A DNA stretch of 64,000 bases from the NCBI GenBank assembly GCA_965242965.1, contig OZ251518.1:416001-480000 (forward strand). The letters are read 5' to 3'. The number at the start of each line of letters is the position of its first letter. The first letter of the stretch is position 1. This DNA is from Candidatus Poribacteria bacterium. Its GTDB lineage: Bacteria > Poribacteria > WGA-4E > WGA-3G. The notes under the pieces were generated by a model. The model was given only the letters and a program-made list of their open reading frames with translations, did no database searches and was not told where the DNA came from. The position numbers and the translations under genes were made by a program. Shown here piece by piece: positions 57,419-64,000 of this stretch.

Positions 57419-58861
57419 ATGCTTATTCGTGGGGATAACTTAATTGAGATGCGGAAGATACCGGATAACGTCGTCGCTCTCATCGCGACGGATCCGCCGT
57501 TCAATTCCAAACGCGACTATTTCGTGCCGTATCGCGATGAACACGGAAAAGAGCCTGACACCCTCGTCAAGGCGTTCACCGATACATGGAAATGGGGCGA
57601 CGCGGCCGAGGCGGCATGCGATGAACTCATCCTTGAAGTTGGTGGACAGATAGGTGAGACGATTGAGGGGTTACGACTCTTTTTGAAGCAGACTCCGATG
57701 ATGGCGTATTTGGTGATGATGGGGGTGCGGCTGGTGGAGATGCACCGGATTCTGAAGCCGACAGGTTCGCTGTATCTCCACTGTGATTCGGCCGCCAGTC
57801 ACTACCTAAAACTCCTCTTGGATGCTGTGTTTGGACATGCGAACTACCGTAACGAAATCATCTGGCGGAAGTATGCGGGACGCAAGAACAACGCCAAGCA
57901 TAAATTCGCCACGCAAACTGACACAATCCTGTTTTATGCCAAAAGCAAAAATGCCGTTTTCAATCCGCTGTTTGAGCCAATTTCAGACAAGGAGATTGAG
58001 AAAAAATATCGTTACACCGACGATGATGGAAGGCGGTACCGTTTGAGTTGGGGCCGGCATTATCAGATGACAGGTGAACAGCGGCGTATCTATCTGGACA
58101 AACAACCCGGTGCTGCTATCGGCTCTTTGTGGGCGGAAGATGGATTGCAGCTGAATACCTCTACAAGAGAACGCGCGGGGTATCCGACGCAGAAGCCGAT
58201 AGCCCTCTACAAGCGCATCATCCAAGCCTCCAGCAACGAAGGCGATCTGGTGTTAGATCCGTTCTGTGGTTGCGGCACGACACTTCTCGCTGCGGAGGCA
58301 CTCAATCGGCGATGGCTTGGCATCGATTTGACGTATCTTGCCACGGGAGCCGTCACACTGCAGATGGAGAAATTCTTTCCGCAGGTGAAAGACAGTATTG
58401 TTATCACCGGCACGCCGGAAAACGTAGAAACCGCGCTGCACCTTGCACGCGAAGACCCGGGTGGATTTGAGGAGTGGTGTGTCACGCATGTGCTGAAGTT
58501 TACCTCAAACGCCAAAAAGGTGGGCGATGGCGGCATTGATGGCACCTATCGGTTTCCCATCGGCAAGGTGAAGGGACGCACGGCTTATGGAAAGATGGTT
58601 GCACAAGTGAAAGGTGGGAAATATAGCCTGGGGCATATCCGTGATTTCCGGACGGCGATGACGAATGCGCAGGCGGATTTAGGTATCTTTGTCGTGGCGC
58701 GGCCGCCGAGTGATGGAATGCGCGCCGAGGCGAGTCGTGCAGGGATGTGGAAACATCCACTGTGGGACATGACATGTCCACGCGTGCAGCTTTATGAGAT
58801 TCAGGATTATTTTGATGGCACCATGCCGAAGATACCTGTTGGGGAGCGGCGGGTGCTGTGA
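57419..58861 (+). CDS. Beta-class N4/N6 DNA methyltransferase-Mrr fusion, copy 2 (different central region)
   Basis: Near-identical to copy 1 except about 57770-58175. The likely true start at 57375 is out of frame at a C9 tract. Confidence 0.88.
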   Translation: MLIRGDNLIEMRKIPDNVVALIATDPPFNSKRDYFVPYRDEHGKEPDTLVKAFTDTWKWGDAAEAACDELILEVGGQIGETIEGLRLFLKQTPMMAYLVMMGVRLVEMHRILKPTGSLYLHCDSAASHYLKLLLDAVFGHANYRNEIIWRKYAGRKNNAKHKFATQTDTILFYAKSKNAVFNPLFEPISDKEIEKKYRYTDDDGRRYRLSWGRHYQMTGEQRRIYLDKQPGAAIGSLWAEDGLQLNTSTRERAGYPTQKPIALYKRIIQASSNEGDLVLDPFCGCGTTLLAAEALNRRWLGIDLTYLATGAVTLQMEKFFPQVKDSIVITGTPENVETALHLAREDPGGFEEWCVTHVLKFTSNAKKVGDGGIDGTYRFPIGKVKGRTAYGKMVAQVKGGKYSLGHIRDFRTAMTNAQADLGIFVVARPPSDGMRAEASRAGMWKHPLWDMTCPRVQLYEIQDYFDGTMPKIPVGERRVL

Positions 58862-58882
58862 TATCGTCCCCAGGTCAAACGG

Positions 58883-59000
58883 CATCGCGGGGGACAGGCC
58901 CCCGCGCTACGGTGAAAATGAGATTGACATCGCGGGGGACAGGCCCCCGCGCTACGGTGAAAATGAGATTGACATCGCGGGGGACAGGCCCCCGCGCTAC
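58883..59000. repeat. 45-bp tandem A-type REP units (about 2.6 copies)
   Basis: ATCGCGGGGGACAGGCCCCCGCGCTACGGTGAAAATGAGATTGAC repeated. Confidence 0.9.
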
Positions 59001-59025
59001 AGGCCAAATGGATAGGAGGACTCTC

Positions 59026-59784
59026 ATGCGCGGCGATTTTGAAGCATATCTCAACGACGAATTTCGTGACGAAAACGGGAAATTGGATTTAGACGGCCTC
59101 TTGGCGTTAGAGGACGAGGCGGATATGGATGTCGCGGTAATCATGCCGAACACGCAGCCGAATCCACAAAACGCCGAACTTGGTGATGCGATTCGCGGAA
59201 ATCCACGCGCGCTTGGGTGTGCTTTGGTGCATCCGACGGAGCCGGCACCTGTTGAGCAGGTGCGGTTAGCGGCAGAAGAATGGGGCATGCGCGGTATTAA
59301 ACTGATGCCGGCGGTGCATCACTACGACGTTGACGACGAGATTGTCCGTCCGGTAGTTGAGGCGGCGCGTGCGCATGGGCTCATCGTTTCTATTCACTCG
59401 GGTCCTAATAATTGCCATCCGAATCGGATTGGCACCGTAGCAGGGTGGGTGCCGGGAACACCTGTTATCATGGATCACATGGGTTTCCCCGATGATTTGG
59501 ATGCGGCGATTAAAGTGGCGAAGGTTCACAAGAACGTCTCGCTTGGGACAACAATTCTCCGATTTCATCGGCGATGGGGGACAAATCCGGACACCGTTGT
59601 GCCGATAGAGGTAAAAAAAGCGGTTGAGGTGCTGGGTCCGGAGCAGATTGTCTTCGGTTCTAACTTGCCTGAATATCGTCCGAGCCAAGTTATCAACGCG
59701 CTCAAGCGGTTGGAGTTGGGTGATGAGGCGGAAGCCCTCATTTTCGGGGACAATCTCGCCCGGATTTATGGATTGGAAGCTTAG
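59026..59784 (+). CDS. Amidohydrolase_2 family protein
   Basis: RGIKLMP, VSIHSG, VIMDHMG, IVFGSNLP and IFGDNLARIY. AGGAGG RBS. Confidence 0.82.
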   Translation: MRGDFEAYLNDEFRDENGKLDLDGLLALEDEADMDVAVIMPNTQPNPQNAELGDAIRGNPRALGCALVHPTEPAPVEQVRLAAEEWGMRGIKLMPAVHHYDVDDEIVRPVVEAARAHGLIVSIHSGPNNCHPNRIGTVAGWVPGTPVIMDHMGFPDDLDAAIKVAKVHKNVSLGTTILRFHRRWGTNPDTVVPIEVKKAVEVLGPEQIVFGSNLPEYRPSQVINALKRLELGDEAEALIFGDNLARIYGLEA

Positions 59785-59802
59785 CGAAACGGGAGGAGCA
59801 CC

Positions 59803-60786
59803 ATGGATACCAAATGCACACAAAACTTGTCTGCTGTTACGGCGGCGTTGGATGATGTGTATCCATCTGCTGCGTCTCTAGTGGAAAAGGTGATGGCGGA
59901 TGCGCAGGCGTTGCAAGCGGCCGGCGAGACAGCGGCGGCGATTGAGAAGTGGCGTTCGCTTGCAATTCTGGTAGAAGGAGTGGCGGATGCGTTAGCGGCG
60001 CATGCATGGTTTCAGGTAGGTTCACTGCTTTCCGATGCTGGCAAACATGCCGAGGCGGTGGTGGCTTACGATAACGTTATTCGGCTGCGTTCCGATTGCG
60101 GCGAGGCGTATCTCCAGCGTGGCAAGGCAAGAAATGGGTTAGAGCAGTATGAGGCTGCCTTGGTGGACTTGGAGAGGGCCCTGTGTTTGCAGCCCGATGT
60201 TGCGGCGATTTATTCGGCGCGCGGGGTTGCCAAATCCGGTCTCGGGGAGCACGATGCTGCCATGGCAGAGCACGCGAAGGCGTTGCAGTTAACGCCGCGG
60301 TGTGCGTCGGTGTATGCGAACCGCGGCGTGTCAAACATGTATCGCGAGGAAAACGAGGCGGCGGTTGCGGATTTCGACGAGGCGATTCGTTTGGATGCGA
60401 CGCTGTCCGAGGTTTATCATCTCCGCGGGTATGTGAAGTTCTTCCTGAGTCAAGATGAGTCAGCTGTTGCCGATTATGACGAGGCGATTCGTCTCAATCC
60501 CAGGAATGCAGCGAGTTACACGAATCGCGGCTTGATAAAAAAATCGTTGGGACAGCGCAAGGCAGCGTTCGCAGACTACGAGGCGGCAATCCGTGTCGCA
60601 CCAAACTACGCGCAGCCGTATACCTACCGGGCCGAGGAAAACCTCTACTGGGGACATGAGGCAGCGGCGCGCGCGGATTTGGAAATTGCGATGGAACTGG
60701 CACGTGCAGCGGGTGATGAAGCCCATCAGGTTTATGTCACCTATCGGCTTGAGGAACTTGACGAAGCGGAGGAGGCCAACGACTGA
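59803..60786 (+). CDS. TPR-repeat protein, copy 1
   Basis: AAIEKWRSLA N-terminal motif and repeated AY.NRG...A.ADYDEAIRLNP. Confidence 0.88.
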   Translation: MDTKCTQNLSAVTAALDDVYPSAASLVEKVMADAQALQAAGETAAAIEKWRSLAILVEGVADALAAHAWFQVGSLLSDAGKHAEAVVAYDNVIRLRSDCGEAYLQRGKARNGLEQYEAALVDLERALCLQPDVAAIYSARGVAKSGLGEHDAAMAEHAKALQLTPRCASVYANRGVSNMYREENEAAVADFDEAIRLDATLSEVYHLRGYVKFFLSQDESAVADYDEAIRLNPRNAASYTNRGLIKKSLGQRKAAFADYEAAIRVAPNYAQPYTYRAEENLYWGHEAAARADLEIAMELARAAGDEAHQVYVTYRLEELDEAEEAND

Positions 60787-61286
60787 TGCCTGATTTTTCC
60801 AAATTCAAAAAAGTTGAACCTCGTGACATCTGGTTTCGGGAGGCACAAGACTTTACACCCTGGCTCGCCGAGAATTTGTCATGCCTCTCTGAGTCCTTGA
60901 ACCTAGAGTTGGCCTTTGAGGCGCGTGAGCAACGGGTTGGCGACTTCCGGGCAGACCTGGTGTGTCGGAACGTGATGGATAACTCCCGCGTGGTGATTGA
61001 AAACCAGTTGACGCGGTCAGACCATTCGCACCTCGGCCAAGTCCTGACATACGCAGCCGGGCTCCAAGCCATTACCGTGATTTGGGTAGCTGTAAAATTC
61101 CGGCGTGAGCATCGGGCAACGCTGGATTGGCATAATGAGATAACGGCGGAACGTTTTCGGTTTTTCGGGGTGGAACTCTATACATGGGAAAATCAGACTT
61201 CACGCTATGTAGAGTTTGCTATTGTCTCCAAACCAGAAGGTTGGATGCAGTCGGAAGGCTCTTGCCGGTACCTCATTCCGGAATAA
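60786..61286 (+). CDS. PD-(D/E)xK-like nuclease domain (N-terminal domain of DUF4268-type proteins), copy 1
   Basis: RDIW..EAQDFTPWLAENL, E.RVGDFRADL, VVIENQL..SDH.HLGQVLTYAAG. TGATG overlap with the TPR gene. Confidence 0.75.
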   Translation: MPDFSKFKKVEPRDIWFREAQDFTPWLAENLSCLSESLNLELAFEAREQRVGDFRADLVCRNVMDNSRVVIENQLTRSDHSHLGQVLTYAAGLQAITVIWVAVKFRREHRATLDWHNEITAERFRFFGVELYTWENQTSRYVEFAIVSKPEGWMQSEGSCRYLIPE

Positions 61287-61361
61287 GGGGAGTGGACAGA
61301 AAAGTCCTGTGCAGACAAAGCTTCCGCGTAGCTGGCACTTAATGTCTATAGGAATAAAACC

Positions 61362-62360
61362 ATGGCAACGAAATCGATAGCACTTCACACGGAACAGCAT
61401 ACGCGAACCGTCGCGGCGGCATTGGGGGATGTGTCTCCATCATCCACATCATTGGTGGAGAAAGCGATGTCGGATGCGCAGGCGTTGCAAGCAGCCGGCG
61501 AGACAGCAGCGGCGATTGAGAAGTGGCGTTCGCTTGCGATTCTGGTGGAAGAGGTGGCGGATGCGTTAGCGGCGCATGCATGGTTTCAGGCCGGTTCACT
61601 ACTTTTGGAATCCGGTGATGCCGCTGCTGCAATTGCCGCTTACGACAACGCGATTCGGTTGCAGCCGGCGTGCGCAGCAGCCTATCTCCACCGCGGTCAG
61701 GCGAAAAATGCATTGGCGCGATATGATTCGGCATTAGCCGATTTAGACAAGGCACTCTGTTTGGATTCAGGGATTGCCGCGGCTTATTCCGCTCGGGGCG
61801 TTGCGCGTTCTGGGCTCGGACAGCACGAAGCCGCCCTTGCCGAGCACGAGGTTGCCTTCCAGTTAACGCCGCAGTGCGCGGAGGCCTATACGAATCGCGG
61901 TTTGTCGAAAATGCTGCAAGGCGAAGATGAGGCGGCTCTCGCTGACTTTGACGAAGCGATTCGTCTCAATCCGGAGATGTCAAAAGTCTATCATTATCGA
62001 GGTGGGTTGAAGTTCTTCCTGAGTCAACGCAAATCCGCAATCTCTGATTATGATGAGGCGATTCGGCTCAATCCCAGGAATGCAGCGAGTTATACGAATC
62101 GCGGACTCATAAAAAAATCGTTGGGACAGCGCAAGGCAGCGTTAGCAGACTACGAGGCGGCAATCCGTGTCGCACCAAACTACGCGCAGTCGTATACCTA
62201 CCGGGCCGAGGAAAACCTCTACTGGGGACATGAGGCGGCGGCGCGCGCGGATTTGGAAATTGCGATGAAACTGGCCCGTGCAGCAGGTGATGAAGCCCAT
62301 CAGGTTTATGTCGCCTATCGGCTTGAGGAACTTGACGAAACGGCGGAGGCCAACGACTGA
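61362..62360 (+). CDS. TPR-repeat protein, copy 2
   Basis: Paralogue of 59803-60786 with near-identical termini. Confidence 0.88.
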   Translation: MATKSIALHTEQHTRTVAAALGDVSPSSTSLVEKAMSDAQALQAAGETAAAIEKWRSLAILVEEVADALAAHAWFQAGSLLLESGDAAAAIAAYDNAIRLQPACAAAYLHRGQAKNALARYDSALADLDKALCLDSGIAAAYSARGVARSGLGQHEAALAEHEVAFQLTPQCAEAYTNRGLSKMLQGEDEAALADFDEAIRLNPEMSKVYHYRGGLKFFLSQRKSAISDYDEAIRLNPRNAASYTNRGLIKKSLGQRKAALADYEAAIRVAPNYAQSYTYRAEENLYWGHEAAARADLEIAMKLARAAGDEAHQVYVAYRLEELDETAEAND

Positions 62361-62860
62361 TGCTTGATTTTGACTCACTCAAAAAAGTTGAACCTCGTGA
62401 CATCTGGTTTCGGGAGGCACAAGACTTTACCCCCTGGCTCGCCGAAAATTTGTCATGCCTCTCCGAGTCCTTGAACCTAGAGTTGGCCTTTGAGGCGCGT
62501 GAGCAACGGGTCGGCGACTTCCGGGCAGACCTGGTGTGTAGGAACGTGGCGGATAACTCCCGCGTGGTGATTGAAAACCAGTTGACGAAGTCCGACCATG
62601 GGCACCTCGGCCAAGTCCTGACATATGCAGCCGGGATACCGGCTCTTACCGTCATTTGGGTGGCTACAGAATTCCGGCGTGAACATCGGGCAACGCTGGA
62701 TTGGCAAAACGAAATAACGGAGAAACGGTTCAGTTTTTTCGGCGTGGAACTTCAGACTTGGAGAGACTGGGCATTGCGTTATCGGGTAGAATTTTCTACT
62801 ATCGCCAAACCCCTGGGCTGGACGCAGTCGGAAGATCGGCTACTCTATCAAATTCGGTGA
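62360..62860 (+). CDS. PD-(D/E)xK-like nuclease domain, copy 2
   Basis: Paralogue of 60786-61286, also 166 aa, with a TGATG overlap. Confidence 0.75.
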   Translation: MLDFDSLKKVEPRDIWFREAQDFTPWLAENLSCLSESLNLELAFEAREQRVGDFRADLVCRNVADNSRVVIENQLTKSDHGHLGQVLTYAAGIPALTVIWVATEFRREHRATLDWQNEITEKRFSFFGVELQTWRDWALRYRVEFSTIAKPLGWTQSEDRLLYQIR

Positions 62861-62921
62861 TGAACAGAGGGCTCGCGCAAGAAGACTCGCCGGAATCTTG
62901 CCCGGCAAAAGGACAGCAGGA

Positions 62922-63998
62922 ATGAAACGGACACCACTTTATGACATTCACCGCGCGCTGAATGCTAAATGGACTGAATTCGGTGGGTGGGAGATGCCGC
63001 TCCAATATAACAGTATCGTCGCCGAACATCTCGCCGTGCGTAGCACCGCCGGCCTCTTTGACTTATCGCACATGGGGGAGATAGAGGTGCGCGGCAACGG
63101 TGCAGGCAGCTTCCTGCAGAAACTCTGCACGAATGACATCAGTCGGTTAAAAAATGGACAGGCCCAGTATACCCTCCTTTGCAACGAAGCGGGCGGCACC
63201 GTTGACGATGTCCTAGTTTACCGTTTCACTGATACGCGCTACATGGTGGTAGTGAACGCCGCCAATATTGCGAAAGATTTCGCCTGGATGAAGACTCACA
63301 ACGACACTGGGGTAGCACTCGCGGACTTGAGTGAACATACCGTCCTCATCGCGCTGCAAGGACCGGATGCAATTGAAATCCTGAATCCTTTGGTGCCTGA
63401 TGCAGATGTCTCCCAAATCCCATTCTTCCGATTTACGGAGAGTCAGATAGCCGGTATTCCTGCGGTGATTTCGCGCACTGGCTACACCGGCGAAATCGGA
63501 TTTGAGGTATACGTCACCGCCGCGCATAGCAAAGAACTCTGGCATACGCTTTATCCTGCAGTGACAGAAGCAGGTGGGATGCCTGTTGGCCTCGGCGCGC
63601 GCGATACGCTACGGCTTGAGGCAGGCCTCCGCTTATACGGCATAGACATGGACGAACAGACGACACCGCTTGAGGCAGGCCTCGTTCGCTTCGTTAAGTT
63701 GGATAAGGGGGAATTTATCGGTAGGGACGCGCTTCTCGCACAGAAAGAGCGTGGGATTGCCCGGAAATTGGTGGGGTTTCAACTGCGCGACCGGGCGGTA
63801 GCGCGAGCGGGTTACGCTGTGTATCAGCATGGCACGCGCATCGGCACGGTGACAAGCGGCGCGCCCTCGCCGAGCCTCAAACGCAGCATCGGGTTCGCGC
63901 TCATGAACGTGGTGCGTGACAAAAACGTTGATATTGAGATTCGCGGGAGACTGCATCCGGCGGAAATTGTCAAGATACCTTTTTACCGCGCAAAATGA
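62922..63998 (+). CDS. gcvT: Glycine cleavage system aminomethyltransferase T
   Basis: KRTPLY, FGGWEMPLQY, FDLSHMGE, ALQGP, SRTGYTGE.GFE, GLGARDTLRLEAG and GTVTSG. Confidence 0.96.
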   Translation: MKRTPLYDIHRALNAKWTEFGGWEMPLQYNSIVAEHLAVRSTAGLFDLSHMGEIEVRGNGAGSFLQKLCTNDISRLKNGQAQYTLLCNEAGGTVDDVLVYRFTDTRYMVVVNAANIAKDFAWMKTHNDTGVALADLSEHTVLIALQGPDAIEILNPLVPDADVSQIPFFRFTESQIAGIPAVISRTGYTGEIGFEVYVTAAHSKELWHTLYPAVTEAGGMPVGLGARDTLRLEAGLRLYGIDMDEQTTPLEAGLVRFVKLDKGEFIGRDALLAQKERGIARKLVGFQLRDRAVARAGYAVYQHGTRIGTVTSGAPSPSLKRSIGFALMNVVRDKNVDIEIRGRLHPAEIVKIPFYRAK

Positions 63999-64000
63999 AT

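Noticed and set aside
55820-62860. Duplicated genes with variable segments as a diversity-generating retroelement or shufflon
   Set aside because: No reverse transcriptase or site-specific recombinase is in the window, differences are not adenine-restricted, and the copies are direct full-length paralogues.
1-64000. tRNA, rRNA, tmRNA, riboswitches and transposase genes
   Set aside because: No cloverleaf/T-loop signature, rRNA-like block, recognisable aptamer (including a glycine riboswitch before gcvT) or DDE/HUH transposase motif was seen by inspection.

Overview
A 64-kb bacterial chromosomal segment, probably Candidatus Poribacteria or a relative. This is an inference from a signal-peptide LamG protein ending KLTTTWGKMK and a large lamin-tail-domain protein ending LPVELSSF...MLTTFGEVK. 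Housekeeping genes include argS, mtnP, trpA, trpB, a CCA/poly(A) polymerase-family nucleotidyltransferase, rimP-nusA-ylxR-infB-DUF503-rbfA-nrnA-ribF, rpsO-pnp and gcvT. They are interleaved with catabolic genes and defence genes: a type IIG/ISP-like RM fusion, GmrSD, an HNH nuclease, two tandem MTase-Mrr fusions and two tandem TPR/nuclease pairs. Intergenic DNA is dense with GTAG-type REP palindromes, and several sit in frame inside genes. The main unexplained structures are: (1) three poly-C slippage switches, two at the 5' ends of duplicated methyltransferases with different central regions and one in a leader ORF that could control a terminator-like hairpin and translational coupling to a 1360-aa surface protein; (2) a MITE family with 15-bp TIRs GAGGGTGTTTCATAA and 8-10 bp target duplications, each copy carrying a different REP cargo; (3) REP-derived peptide inserts in at least three, possibly four, enzymes. 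No rRNA, tRNA, CRISPR array or transposase gene was recognised. All functional calls come from motif reading only; no database search was run.
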